54,842 nt of DNA. Origin: an uncultured Pseudomonadota bacterium (GTDB lineage Bacteria > Pseudomonadota > Gammaproteobacteria > Ga0077536). Positions 1-10,116 of the stretch are shown in pieces. The stretch lies in the NCBI GenBank assembly GCA_902551695.1, contig CACDEI010000005.1, positions 1 through 54,842 on the forward strand, read 5' to 3'. Each line of letters begins with the position of its first letter. Positions within the stretch are counted from its first letter, which is position 1. Under the pieces are notes generated by a model, which was given only the letters and a program-made list of their open reading frames with translations, was not told the origin of the DNA and made no database searches. Both the position numbers and the translations under genes were made by a program.

Positions 1-858
1 ATGAAAGATATGGGTTTAGGTGTCATTTTTTTTCTCACACTAATAATGGCAGCGCCAATAGAATTGTTTGCTTCAGATGCTGTGTCTGTCGATCCTTGGA
101 ATGAAACTGCGAGGTACCTCCAAGAGACCGAAGCCAAGGAAGGGTTTTTGCCTAAAGTAAAAGACCTTGTCCCTAATTTAACCGTGGCGGATGCCTACAA
201 GATCCAGAACAGTTTTGTTCAACTTATGAACAAAGGCGTTGTAATAGCAGGCTATAAAGCTGGCTTTACAGGAGTTGAGGGCAGAGAGGAATTCGAACTT
301 CAACATCCTGTTTCTGGGGTTTTATTCGAAGGTTGTGGTTATGAGGACGGAGTTGTTATTAGCCTTTCGGAGCATCCTGGCCTTATGCTAGAAATGGAAT
401 TAGGTTTCCGGTTGAAAAAAAGGTTGAAAAATCGCCTTAAAGAAGCAAAAGACTTAGACGGTTTAATAAGTGATGCGTTACCTGTTATTGAATTACCGCA
501 CCTTAAATTTAAGAATTTGGAAGGCATTACAGGAGTTGATTTAGTCTCGACTAATATGGCCGCCGCTTGTTGGATCGAGGGAGATCCAATGAAAGATATA
601 ACCCCCAAGAGTTATGATGATTTAGAAGTTTTGTTGTACCAAGATAGTAAGTTGATAGATTCTGGCTTGGCGGGGGCTGTAAATGGCCAGCGACAGGCTC
701 TAATGTGGCTAATTAATCATCTTCTCGATAGGAATGTTGAGCTGCATGAAGGTTTGCTATTGCTCACCGGGAAAATCGGAAAAATTAACCTAGCTCGACT
801 AGGGAAATATCGAGCTATTTACGGCAACAAGGAGTTGCTTTTTGAAATAAACCCTTAG
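1..858 (+). CDS. FAA-hydrolase superfamily, 2-keto-4-pentenoate hydratase-like protein with N-terminal signal peptide
   Basis: DAYKIQ, GYKAGFT, LEMELGF, PVIEL and LLTG motifs of the MhpD/HpcG family; hydrophobic N-terminus (LGVIFFLTLIMAAP...LFA). Confidence 0.75.
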   Translation: MKDMGLGVIFFLTLIMAAPIELFASDAVSVDPWNETARYLQETEAKEGFLPKVKDLVPNLTVADAYKIQNSFVQLMNKGVVIAGYKAGFTGVEGREEFELQHPVSGVLFEGCGYEDGVVISLSEHPGLMLEMELGFRLKKRLKNRLKEAKDLDGLISDALPVIELPHLKFKNLEGITGVDLVSTNMAAACWIEGDPMKDITPKSYDDLEVLLYQDSKLIDSGLAGAVNGQRQALMWLINHLLDRNVELHEGLLLLTGKIGKINLARLGKYRAIYGNKELLFEINP

Positions 859-881
859 TGGAATCCAAATTGATTAGTTGC

Positions 882-1721
882 TTAGTGTAATCCCATAGCC
901 TGCACAATAGTAGCAGCAATTTCTTCGATAGACACGGTAGAGGTATCTAAGAACGGTAAGTTCTCTGCTTTGAACAATGTTTCGGCAATGGAAACCTCTT
1001 TGCGACAATTACTTAGCTTCGAGTATTCTCCTTCTGGTCTTCTCTCTCTTCGAATTCTGCTTAATTGCTCTGGGCGTATTGTTAGGCCATAAACTTTGTT
1101 TTTGACGCTTCGTAAAACTTCAGGCATCTTTAGTTTATTAAAATCGTCTGAAGTCAGTGGGTAATTGGCGGCTTTTAGGGAATAATGCATTGAGAGGTAC
1201 AAGCAAGTGGGTGTTTTTCCACATCTTGAAACTCCCATCAAAACTATGTCCGCCTCGTGGAAATCACTTGGACTCAATCCATCGTCATGGTTTAGTGTGA
1301 AATTTAAGGCGCTAAGCCTAGTCTCATAGGCGGTTGTATCACTAATACCGTGCATTTTCCCCGCACTCCGCGAGGAATTGGATTCCAACGCTTTTTCAAG
1401 TGGTCCGACAAATGTGCCGAACAAATCAAATACATTCGGCGAACTGGTTGCTATAATTGATAGAATTTCAGGGTCAGTTAAGGTGCTGAAGACTATAGGG
1501 TCTTCCCCGTCTACCTTGGTTTGTTCAATGATTGTAGATACGGCATTTTTTGCGGAGGTAACATCGGTGACAAACGGGATAAAGGTTTTAGTGAACTGTA
1601 TTTTAGGAAACTGGGTAAGAAGGCTACCCCCGAGAGTTTCGGCTGTAATTCCAGTTCTATCGGAAATAAAGAAAACTTTTCTTTTAGTCAAAATAACGCG
1701 GTCCCTATAAAGATTTAACAA
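882..1721 (-). CDS. ppsR: PEP synthase regulatory kinase/pyrophosphorylase (PSRP, DUF299)
   Basis: FFISDRTGITAE, HDDG, GVSRCGKTPT, SIEEIA motifs; divergent from ppsA; true start may be TTG at 1691. Confidence 0.95.
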   Translation of the reverse strand: MLNLYRDRVILTKRKVFFISDRTGITAETLGGSLLTQFPKIQFTKTFIPFVTDVTSAKNAVSTIIEQTKVDGEDPIVFSTLTDPEILSIIATSSPNVFDLFGTFVGPLEKALESNSSRSAGKMHGISDTTAYETRLSALNFTLNHDDGLSPSDFHEADIVLMGVSRCGKTPTCLYLSMHYSLKAANYPLTSDDFNKLKMPEVLRSVKNKVYGLTIRPEQLSRIRRERRPEGEYSKLSNCRKEVSIAETLFKAENLPFLDTSTVSIEEIAATIVQAMGLH

Positions 1722-1789
1722 GAAAGCATTAAATATTAGTATACCTTGGAGAGCAAAGAAAATGCGTAGATTAAAAATGAGTGATAGCC

Positions 1790-4159
1790 ATGAGTAAATA
1801 TGTCTTACCCTTAGATCAACTAAGTTTGGCCGATATCAACTTGGTTGGTGGGAAAAATGCTTCCCTCGGGGAAATGATAACTCACTTGAATGATGCGGAC
1901 ATCAAGGTTCCAGGAGGTTTTGCTACTACAACCAATTCGTTTGCTCTGTTTTTAGAACAAAATAATCTAGTACAAAAAATTAAAGAGTTAACAGAAAAAC
2001 TGGATGTTTCAGACCTTAAACAATTGAAAGCAGTCGGGGCTCAAGTGCGGGCTATGGTGATGGAGTCTGAACTGCCTGATGTGGTCGTGGAGGCACTAAG
2101 GCTATCGTATGATAGATTATGCGATGAGGTTGCAGGTGAGTTTTCAGTCGCTGTACGCTCATCCGCTACCGCAGAAGATCTTCCTGATGCTTCATTTGCC
2201 GGGCAACAAGAGACTTTTTTGAATGTAAGAGGTTTCGACAATGTGCTAGTGAGAATTAAGGAAGTTTTCGCTTCTTTGTACAACGACCGAGCTATTTCTT
2301 ATCGTAGTCACCAGGGTTATGTTGATGGTGAGGTCTCTATCTCTGCGGGTATCCAGAGGATGGTACGAAGCGATATTGCCTCTAGTGGTGTCATGTTCAC
2401 GTTGGATACAGAGTCGGGTTATCGAGATGTAGTTTTTATAACTTCCAGCTATGGGTTGGGAGAGTTAGTTGTTCAGGGAGCAGTGAACCCTGATGAGTTC
2501 TATGTTTGTAAAAAAGCATTAGGAAGAGGAGATCGTGCAATACTCAAACGAGGGCTGGGTTCTAAACATCTGTCTATGAAATTTATCGATAAGGGAAGTA
2601 GTGCAGTGAGCGGGGAAGTAGAAACAGTTAATGTAACTTCGCAAAAATCTCAAATTTTTAGTCTCAAGGATGAAGAAATAGAGCAGTTGGCGAAAATCGG
2701 AGTGCGGATTGAAGAACATTATGGGAGGCCTATGGATATAGAATGGGCTAAAGACGGTGTCGACGGTGAGCTGTATATTGTCCAAGCTAGGCCGGAGACA
2801 GTGCAGAGTAATAGTTCAGATCATGCTATGGAGAAGTTTTCGCTTTTAGAGAGAGGCCAAGTTCTTGCTGAGGGTAGGAGCATTGGAGGAAAAATAGGGG
2901 CTGGCAAGGTCAGAATAATTGAAAATATCGACGAAATGGAAAGGCTTGATGAAGGTGCTGTTTTAGTTACGGATATGACTGACCCCGATTGGGAACCTGT
3001 AATGAAGAGGGCGTCGGCCATAGTAACCAACAGAGGTGGTAGGACCTGTCATGCTGCAATAATAGCGAGAGAGCTGGGTGTGCCTGCAATAGTCGGTTGC
3101 GGAGATGCTACTAAAACTCTCGCAGAGGATAAGGCTGTAACCGTAGTGTGTTCAGAGGGGGATACCGGAAAAGTATATGAAGGTGAATTAAAATTTGAAA
3201 GGACCGAAATTAGGTTGAAGGAAATGCCCTCAGTCAGCACTAAGATAATGATGAATGTGGGTAATCCGGAGAGAGCATTTGCATTCGCAAACTTGCCAAA
3301 TGAGGGTGTTGGGCTTGCTAGGCTTGAGTTTATAATAAACCAATTTGTGGGTGTGCATCCGAAAGCTCTTCTAGACTATAAGCAGCTGGAAGAAAAACTA
3401 AGATTAGAAATTTCCGATAAAATTTCCGCCTATGATGATCCCAAAGACTTTTTTATAAAGAGAGTTGCAGAGGGCGTTTCCACTATCGCGGCTCCCTTTT
3501 TTCCAAAACCTGTCATAGTTAGGCTTTCTGACTTTAAGTCGAATGAATATTTTAATTTACTTGGGGGGAAAAATTATGAGCCTGTAGAGGAGAATCCGAT
3601 GTTGGGATTCAGAGGGGCTTCCCGGTACATATCAGACGACTTTAGGCCCTGCTTTGAATTAGAATGCCAAGCGATTAACTGGGTTCGTAAAGAGATGGGC
3701 TTAAAAAATGTTGAGATTATGGTGCCGTTTGTCAGGACCGTGTCTGAAGCTGAAGAGGTCATTAACCTACTATCTGAAAATGGCCTGGTACGAGGGTCAG
3801 ATGGTTTAAGGATAATAATGATGTGTGAATTACCATCCAATGCTTTATTGGCTGGAGAATTTTTAAAATATTTTGACGGGTTTTCCATTGGTTCAAATGA
3901 CATGACTCAACTAGCGCTTGGTTTAGATAGAGATTCTAGTCTTGTATCAAACTTATTTGACGAGAGAGATGAAGCCGTGAAGAAATTGTTAAAAATGGCC
4001 ATTTCAGAATGTAGAAGAGCGGGAAAATATGTTGGCATTTGTGGTCAAGGACCATCTGATCATCCAGAGTTTGCCAGTTGGCTCATCCAACAAGGCATTG
4101 AAAGCGTTTCTCTCAATCCGGACACGGTCGTTCAGACTTGGATGGACTTAGCTGAATAG
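1790..4159 (+). CDS. ppsA: Phosphoenolpyruvate synthase
   Basis: [34 protein letters not shown] phospho-His motif, [10 protein letters not shown]; ATG at 1790 preferred over GTG 1781. Confidence 0.97.
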   Translation: MSKYVLPLDQLSLADINLVGGKNASLGEMITHLNDADIKVPGGFATTTNSFALFLEQNNLVQKIKELTEKLDVSDLKQLKAVGAQVRAMVMESELPDVVVEALRLSYDRLCDEVAGEFSVAVRSSATAEDLPDASFAGQQETFLNVRGFDNVLVRIKEVFASLYNDRAISYRSHQGYVDGEVSISAGIQRMVRSDIASSGVMFTLDTESGYRDVVFITSSYGLGELVVQGAVNPDEFYVCKKALGRGDRAILKRGLGSKHLSMKFIDKGSSAVSGEVETVNVTSQKSQIFSLKDEEIEQLAKIGVRIEEHYGRPMDIEWAKDGVDGELYIVQARPETVQSNSSDHAMEKFSLLERGQVLAEGRSIGGKIGAGKVRIIENIDEMERLDEGAVLVTDMTDPDWEPVMKRASAIVTNRGGRTCHAAIIARELGVPAIVGCGDATKTLAEDKAVTVVCSEGDTGKVYEGELKFERTEIRLKEMPSVSTKIMMNVGNPERAFAFANLPNEGVGLARLEFIINQFVGVHPKALLDYKQLEEKLRLEISDKISAYDDPKDFFIKRVAEGVSTIAAPFFPKPVIVRLSDFKSNEYFNLLGGKNYEPVEENPMLGFRGASRYISDDFRPCFELECQAINWVRKEMGLKNVEIMVPFVRTVSEAEEVINLLSENGLVRGSDGLRIIMMCELPSNALLAGEFLKYFDGFSIGSNDMTQLALGLDRDSSLVSNLFDERDEAVKKLLKMAISECRRAGKYVGICGQGPSDHPEFASWLIQQGIESVSLNPDTVVQTWMDLAE

Positions 4160-4165
4160 GCCTCC

Positions 4166-5035
4166 TTATGGTTTGTCATTCAGTTGCATGGAGAAGTCAA
4201 TCGCTTTTATGTTTTTTGTGAGTGCCCCGACCGATACGAAATCTATATCTAATTCGCTTAATCTTCTGATTCTTTCTAGAGTAAGGTTTCCGGACACTTC
4301 CACGAGTGTCTTTTTAGAGAAGAGTGGCAAACTACCCTTTATTTGATCGTCATTAAAATTATCGAACATGACAATGTCAGCCCCCGCTTGGACAGCTTCC
4401 GAAATCTGTTCTGCATGCTCCACCTCTACTTCGATTTTTAATTTCGGATAAAGATCTCGAATGGTTTCGACGGCTTTTTTTATTGAACCTGCCGCTAGAA
4501 TGTGATTTTCCTTGATGAGAATGCCGTCGTAAAGTCCTTTTCTATGGTTTTTTCCACCTCCGCAAACAACAGCATATTTTTGCGCGTCTCGCAACCCTGG
4601 AATGGTCTTGCGCGTATCCAATATTTTGACTTTTTTGTTCCGTACAGCATCTACGTATTGCCCAGTTGTTGTCGCAGTGCCAGACAAAGTTTGGAGGAAA
4701 TTGATCGCTGTTCTTTCTCCTGAAAGTATTTTCTGAGTGTTTCCGCGAATCACGCAGACGGTTTTATTCTTTGAGATGCGGTCCCCATCTTTGCAGTTCC
4801 AAGATATTTTTATTCTGGAGTCCAAAATTTGATAGGTTTTATTCACCCAGTCTGTCCCGCATAAGATAGAATCTTCCCTGCACACTATCTCTGCGTTATT
4901 CTTTGAAAGCGGATCTATCAAGGCGGCGGTTCGATCACCATCACCTATATCTTCCTCCAATGCTCTTAAAACAGAGTTTTCGATACTTTTTTCAGAAGGT
5001 TTGATAGATTTTTTATTCATGTGGTCTAATTCCAT
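4166..5035 (-). CDS. nadC: Nicotinate-nucleotide pyrophosphorylase (quinolinate phosphoribosyltransferase)
   Basis: ERTAINFLQTLSG, LDTRKTIPGLR, NHRKGLYD, LIKENH, EVEVE, EVSGN motifs. Confidence 0.96.
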   Translation of the reverse strand: MELDHMNKKSIKPSEKSIENSVLRALEEDIGDGDRTAALIDPLSKNNAEIVCREDSILCGTDWVNKTYQILDSRIKISWNCKDGDRISKNKTVCVIRGNTQKILSGERTAINFLQTLSGTATTTGQYVDAVRNKKVKILDTRKTIPGLRDAQKYAVVCGGGKNHRKGLYDGILIKENHILAAGSIKKAVETIRDLYPKLKIEVEVEHAEQISEAVQAGADIVMFDNFNDDQIKGSLPLFSKKTLVEVSGNLTLERIRRLSELDIDFVSVGALTKNIKAIDFSMQLNDKP

Positions 5036-5046
5036 TCACTTGTTCT

Positions 5047-6390
5047 CTATATTTTTTTTCGGAATTCGGTGGTCGCTTTGAATATCGTAGGGCTCAATAG
5101 GACCAAAGCAATTAGGTTTGGTAAAGCCATTAATCCATTCAAAATATCTGCGATGAGCCAAATCAATTCAAACTCTGTAATTGCCCCAATGTAAACGGCA
5201 TATATCCAAATGATTCGATAGGGCAGAATAATTTTATCGCCAAATAAATATTGAGCGCATTTTTCTCCGTAGTAGCTCCACCCTAGGATTGTAGTAAACG
5301 CAAATAAACATAACGCGATCGCAACTAGCTGTCCTCCCAGTGAGCCGAAAACAGTCTCGAAGGCTTTTGCTGAAAGTAGGGCGGCAGATAAATCAGTGTT
5401 GATGGGTAGGGTGATTAAAATAACCAACGCTGTGATGGTGCAAATCAGTATAGTGTCTATAAAGGTTCCCAGCATTGCTATCATGCCTTGTTCGACTGGT
5501 TTGTTTGTTCTAGCGGCAGCATGGGCTATGGCTGCACTTCCTAGCCCTGCTTCATTTGAGAAAATTCCTCTAGCAAATCCCCATCGTAAGGCTAACCAGA
5601 CCCCCGCGCCTCCCGCGGATGGGAGGGCAAAAGCTTCCGATACAATGCTCTCCAAAACGCTAGGAATCATCTCATAATTTAGTGTGATAACCATTAAGGA
5701 CATACCAATGTACATGAAAGCCATGCCCGGAACGATCTTTTCAGCTACAGATCCTATTCTTTTTATCCCCCCTATAAGGACCAAAGCTGTCAGCGCTGCC
5801 AACAGTAGGCCAGTAATGTTCGCCGAGACATGAAAGTATTGTTGAGCGGCTTTTGCTACTGCGTTAGCCTGGACGGTGTTCCCTATTCCAAAGGCTGCGA
5901 CAGTACCAGATATAGCAAAAGTTATCGCAAGAAAAGCCCATCGAGAGCCTAGTCCGTTCTTGATGTAATACATCGGACCACCAATTCGCGAACCAAAGCG
6001 GTCTTTTTCTCGAAATTTAACTGCTAGAAACCCCTCGGAAAATTTGGTTGCCATTCCCAAAATAGCTACAATCCACATCCAAAATACTGCACCCCTTCCC
6101 CCGATTTGTATAGCGGCCGCTACTCCTACTATATTTCCCGTCCCTATAGTGGCTGATAAAGCAGTCATGAGGGCTTGTAGTGAGCTTATCTCGCCTTTCA
6201 CCTTCGATTTATCGTTTCTTCTTTTGAGGAGGGTCTTCAAGCTCAGCATAAAGTATCTGAACTGGAAACCGCGTAAACCCAACGTCAAGTATAAGCCGGT
6301 GAAAGCTAAGGCAGGTATGAGGAAAAATTCACCCCAAACTAACTTGCTGGCGGCTCGTAAATAGTGTTCAAATTCCAATAAAAGGGCCAT
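5047..6390 (-). CDS. Alanine/glycine:cation symporter (AGCS family), copy 1
   Basis: ALSATIGTGNIVGVA, GAVFWMW, GGPMYYI, RGIFSNEAGLGS, FIDTILICT; many TM segments. Confidence 0.93.
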   Translation of the reverse strand: MALLLEFEHYLRAASKLVWGEFFLIPALAFTGLYLTLGLRGFQFRYFMLSLKTLLKRRNDKSKVKGEISSLQALMTALSATIGTGNIVGVAAAIQIGGRGAVFWMWIVAILGMATKFSEGFLAVKFREKDRFGSRIGGPMYYIKNGLGSRWAFLAITFAISGTVAAFGIGNTVQANAVAKAAQQYFHVSANITGLLLAALTALVLIGGIKRIGSVAEKIVPGMAFMYIGMSLMVITLNYEMIPSVLESIVSEAFALPSAGGAGVWLALRWGFARGIFSNEAGLGSAAIAHAAARTNKPVEQGMIAMLGTFIDTILICTITALVILITLPINTDLSAALLSAKAFETVFGSLGGQLVAIALCLFAFTTILGWSYYGEKCAQYLFGDKIILPYRIIWIYAVYIGAITEFELIWLIADILNGLMALPNLIALVLLSPTIFKATTEFRKKI

Positions 6391-6395
6391 ACTGT

Positions 6396-6884
6396 CTAGC
6401 TTCCTGGCTGTAAAATTAGTTGTCTACCACTTTTTTCAAAGTTTATATTTTTGAGGAAGCTCATGCCTACGAGCACGTGCGGTATCTCGATGTTAGGAAC
6501 CACCACTGCATCTATATTTTCTCCTTGCAAATTACCGATCTGAATTCTTCTGACAATAGTTAAATAGCCCTCTGAAGCGCCGTTAGCCGTATTCACCACA
6601 ACCCGTCTAAGTTTAGGAAGACCAATCTCTAACGCAAAAGATTCAGCGACCACTAAAGTGGATGCGCCCGTGTCTATTAACATCGAGCAGTCATAGCCTT
6701 CTATCGTGCCCTCGGTTACATAGTTACCGTATAAATCTTGGTTGATAAAAGTTTTTGTACCTAGAACTAAGGGAGCAGATGATGCTACCTTTTGCTGCCC
6801 CGCAGAGAGCAGATAGGTCATTAATCCTAAGAATGAGATTACCGCAAGGACATTTAAGATAGTCTTAGCTTGGAGTTTGGTCAT
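6396..6884 (-). CDS. Membrane-anchored retropepsin-like (clan AA) aspartyl protease
   Basis: N-terminal TM helix, LIDTGAS catalytic motif, TANG flap, LVGMSFL. Confidence 0.88.
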   Translation of the reverse strand: MTKLQAKTILNVLAVISFLGLMTYLLSAGQQKVASSAPLVLGTKTFINQDLYGNYVTEGTIEGYDCSMLIDTGASTLVVAESFALEIGLPKLRRVVVNTANGASEGYLTIVRRIQIGNLQGENIDAVVVPNIEIPHVLVGMSFLKNINFEKSGRQLILQPGS

Positions 6885-6986
6885 AGTTCTTTGGATGTAA
6901 CTCTTTTAATTCAATGCTACCCTTAAGATAGCGGTTATCCAAGGGGGATGATACTTGTTCAAACTAATATTAAGGTAAGATAGTTT

Positions 6987-7973
6987 ATGGTAGTAACGGG
7001 AGTGGATTCTATAGATGTTTTAAAACCGCGTCGAGTCGGAAATTCTCTCGAGGATGATTTCATTGTTGGGATGTCCTCTAAGCAAAAATTTTTACCGCCA
7101 AAATACTTTTATGATGAGTTGGGTTCGCAACTTTTTGATCAGATTTGTGACGTCCCAGAATATTACCCGACACGAGCCGAAGATGGACTGCTTAAAGAAA
7201 TATCCCACTCCTTAATAACTGATTTAAAACCGGATGCGATTTTTGAGTTAGGTAGCGGCACTGCTAGGAAAACCAGACGCATTTTTGATGCTTGCGAGTC
7301 CGCCAATTGTTTCCCAGATTATCACCCTATAGATGTTTGCCCAGAAATCTTGGTAACGAGTAAAGAAGAGTTATCTTCTCGATATAGTTGGTTATCTGTT
7401 TATCCTAAGGTTGGGGACTATATGAAAGGGTTTGCTGGATTTAAAAATAGCACAAATCAGAATCTTTTCCTTTTTCTGGGCGGGACGATTGGTAATTTAA
7501 CTGAGTCTGAATCCTTGCTTCTTTTAAAAGAAGTTCGAGGGCTAATGAAACCCAATGACAGCTTACTTTTGGGGGCAGATTTGGTCAAATCGCCTGACCT
7601 TTTGCATGCGGCATATAATGATTCAGACGGAGTTACTGCCAAATTCAATTTGAATCTATTAGCAGTTCTGAATAGAAGACTTAAGGGTGATTTTCAGTTT
7701 CAGAATTTTGTCCACTACGCAATATATAACCCTGTAAAGTTTCAGATAGAAATGTATTTGGTTTGTGTTGAAAATCAGGAAGTGTATCTAAAGAAGATAA
7801 ACAAAAGAATCCATTTTCAGATAGGAGATTCTATTCTCACTGAAGTTAGTAGAAAGTTCACCAAAGCTAGATTAGAAAGTTTGTTTGCTAAAGCAGGGCT
7901 TGGTGTTGTGACTCATTTCGAATCTGGAGTGCCTGAGTTCGCACTTGTTCATGCAAAGCTACACAAAAAATAG
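6987..7973 (+). CDS. egtD: L-histidine N-alpha-methyltransferase (EgtD family)
   Basis: LPPKYFYD..GSQLFD.I...PEYYPTR.E, ELGSG SAM motif, FLGGTIGN, AAYND..GVTAKFNLN, TEVSRKF. Confidence 0.92.
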   Translation: MVVTGVDSIDVLKPRRVGNSLEDDFIVGMSSKQKFLPPKYFYDELGSQLFDQICDVPEYYPTRAEDGLLKEISHSLITDLKPDAIFELGSGTARKTRRIFDACESANCFPDYHPIDVCPEILVTSKEELSSRYSWLSVYPKVGDYMKGFAGFKNSTNQNLFLFLGGTIGNLTESESLLLLKEVRGLMKPNDSLLLGADLVKSPDLLHAAYNDSDGVTAKFNLNLLAVLNRRLKGDFQFQNFVHYAIYNPVKFQIEMYLVCVENQEVYLKKINKRIHFQIGDSILTEVSRKFTKARLESLFAKAGLGVVTHFESGVPEFALVHAKLHKK

Positions 7974-7985
7974 CATATAGCATAA

Positions 7986-8552
7986 ATGGCTGATAGTGGT
8001 ATGGAAGAGAATAATGGCTGGCTCTATGGGACTAAAGTATTGGCCTCTGACAATTACGATGATCGACCGCCTCACTGTGAAGTAGAGTTAGTCATCATCC
8101 ATGCTATAAGCCTACCACCCGAGCAATTTGGTGGTGGCCATATAGAAAAATTTTTCACCAATTCCCTCGATTGGAATGAGCACAAATATTTCGAAAAAAT
8201 AAGGGGTCTTAGGGTTTCATCTCACTTATTAGTGGACAGGTTGGGAGGGGTTTTGCAATTTGTTGATTTGAACAAGAGAGCTTGGCATGCTGGGAAGAGT
8301 GCTTGGGAAGGTAGAAACAGTTGCAACGATTTCTCGATAGGGATAGAACTAGAGGGTAGCGATAGTCAACCATACGAGCGAGAACAATACTCGAGTTTGG
8401 CAGGTTTACTGGTCAGCATATTTGGATTGTATCCACGAGTAAATATAGATGCAGTAGTCGGTCACTGTGATGTCTCTCCAGACAGAAAAACTGATCCAGG
8501 TCCTTTTTTCGATTGGGATTACTTGAGGGCAGAAATCGCCAAATTTAGTTAA
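7986..8552 (+). CDS. ampD: 1,6-anhydro-N-acetylmuramyl-L-alanine amidase
   Basis: IHAISLPP, VSSH, RAWHAG, CNDFSIGIELEG, GH.D..P.RKTDPG. Confidence 0.95.
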   Translation: MADSGMEENNGWLYGTKVLASDNYDDRPPHCEVELVIIHAISLPPEQFGGGHIEKFFTNSLDWNEHKYFEKIRGLRVSSHLLVDRLGGVLQFVDLNKRAWHAGKSAWEGRNSCNDFSIGIELEGSDSQPYEREQYSSLAGLLVSIFGLYPRVNIDAVVGHCDVSPDRKTDPGPFFDWDYLRAEIAKFS

Positions 8553-9289
8553 GGAGGTTTTCCTAAGTAATCATTTGCTCGTATCAGTCTTTGGTCATCA
8601 AGCTGACAGATGAATAAGTAAGGGTTTGGATCACACCAGTCCCCCAACACAACCCTACGATGTTTTTTACCTTCGATCTCAATGGCATGGATTGCTGGTC
8701 GATGAGTGTGCCCGTGAATGAGCAAAGTTGATTTATGGCGCGTCAGTAGACGTTTAACTTGGTCGGGCTCGACATCCATTATTTCCATTGGTTTTTTTTT
8801 CGTCGATTTGAGTGTTTCATTTTGGGTTTTGCTAGCTATATTCACACGCAGCGATAACGGAAGCGATAAAAAAAGTTTTTGAATAAATTTGTTTCGAACC
8901 ACCTTTCGGAATCTTTGATAAGTTCTGTCCTTGGTACAAAGAAGATCTCCATGCGTAATCAGGGTCCTTTCGCCACCTAAATCTATCATCTCATAGTCTG
9001 GCAGAAGTACAGCTCTAGTTTCCTCAGCGAATTCATCCCCAAGGAGAAAATCCCTGTTCCCTACCGATAAAAATAAATGCGTTCCCGCAGAAGTGAGTAG
9101 TCGAAGTGCTTGTTTTACTTCGGCGGAAGGGTAGCGATAGTCGTCATCGCCTACCCAAAAGTCAAAAAGGTCTCCAAGAATAAAAACTGAATTTGCTTCC
9201 TTACCAGCTTTTTCAAGGCACTTTAGGAATAGGTTGACCTGCTTGGGTCGTGTGGGAGAAAGATGAAGGTCAGAAAAAAACAGTTGCAT
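8549..9289 (-). CDS. lpxH: UDP-2,3-diacylglucosamine diphosphatase
   Basis: SDLH, LGDLFD.WVGDD, GNRDFL, HGD, IHGHTHRP, VLGDW. Confidence 0.95.
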   Translation of the reverse strand: MQLFFSDLHLSPTRPKQVNLFLKCLEKAGKEANSVFILGDLFDFWVGDDDYRYPSAEVKQALRLLTSAGTHLFLSVGNRDFLLGDEFAEETRAVLLPDYEMIDLGGERTLITHGDLLCTKDRTYQRFRKVVRNKFIQKLFLSLPLSLRVNIASKTQNETLKSTKKKPMEIMDVEPDQVKRLLTRHKSTLLIHGHTHRPAIHAIEIEGKKHRRVVLGDWCDPNPYLFICQLDDQRLIRANDYLGKPP

Positions 9290-9547
9290 CGTAGTGTATT
9301 TTTTATTTTTGCTTTGAAAAAATATCTCTATAATTAAACGTGCATCTGTGCGACTAAGACCTAGGTTGATTTCTTATAGGAAAAGTCTGCCAAATACAGC
9401 TTTTTGTACTAACTTCGGATAGTATGCTCGAAGGAGAGATGCCCAGCAAGGATCTAAGCCATGAAGAAAAGTAAGCTTTCATCCAAGAAGGTAATCGATT
9501 TAAGATTAAATTTGGTCCTTAAATTTTGAGTTATCGTGAATATTTTG

Positions 9548-9576
9548 TTGACGCTCGTAATGCCTGTGCGTATCAT
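9548..9576 (+). promoter_or_regulatory. Sigma70 promoter for the tRNA cluster
   Basis: TTGACG-17 nt-TATCAT followed by GC-rich discriminator CGCCC, 28 nt before tRNA-Pro. Confidence 0.75.
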
Positions 9577-9604
9577 CGCCCATCTTGCAATGATACCTAC
9601 GTTT

Positions 9605-9681
9605 CGGGGTATGGCGCAGTTTGGTAGCGCACCTGCTTTGGGAGCAGGGGGTCGGGGGTTCGAATCCCTCTGCCCCGACCA
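9605..9681 (+). tRNA. tRNA-Pro(TGG)
   Basis: Cloverleaf; anticodon arm CCTGC-TT-TGG-GA-GCAGG; GTTCGAATC T-loop; CCA end. Confidence 0.97.
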
Positions 9682-9790
9682 AAAGTAGCTTTAATTGTTT
9701 GTTATTGGCGAAAAATTCAACAATAAAACCATGGTTTTGATTTTTTTTTTATGTGGCAGTAATGTTTACGAGTAATTAACTGCTTTCGAA

Positions 9791-9867
9791 GCGCCTGTAG
9801 CTCATCTGGATAGAGCATCGGCCTTCTAAGCCGAGGGTAGCAGGTTCGAATCCTGCCAGGCGCGCCA
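9791..9867 (+). tRNA. tRNA-Arg(TCT)
   Basis: Anticodon arm TCGGC-CT-TCT-AA-GCCGA; T-loop; CCA end. Confidence 0.97.
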
Positions 9868-9908
9868 AATGTTTAGAGGAGGTAAATCAAGAAGTTATTG
9901 TTGGTTAT

Positions 9909-9985
9909 GGTGGGCGTAGCTCAGTTGGTAGAGCACAGGATTGTGGCTCCTGAGGTCGTGGGTTCGATCCCCATCGTCCACCCCA
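9909..9985 (+). tRNA. tRNA-His(GTG)
   Basis: Encoded G-1; anticodon arm CAGGA-TT-GTG-GC-TCCTG; CCA end. Confidence 0.97.
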
Positions 9986-10006
9986 ATAATGCTTGAGTTT
10001 TCTTTT

Positions 10007-10082
<76 letters not shown>

Positions 10083-10116
10083 AAATTCCGTAGTGTTGAT
10101 TTTAATCGCATTGCTT

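Noticed and set aside
7971-7984. TAGCATA tandem duplication at the egtD-ampD junction (possible insertion scar)
   Set aside because: Only 7 bp, with no associated element; could be chance
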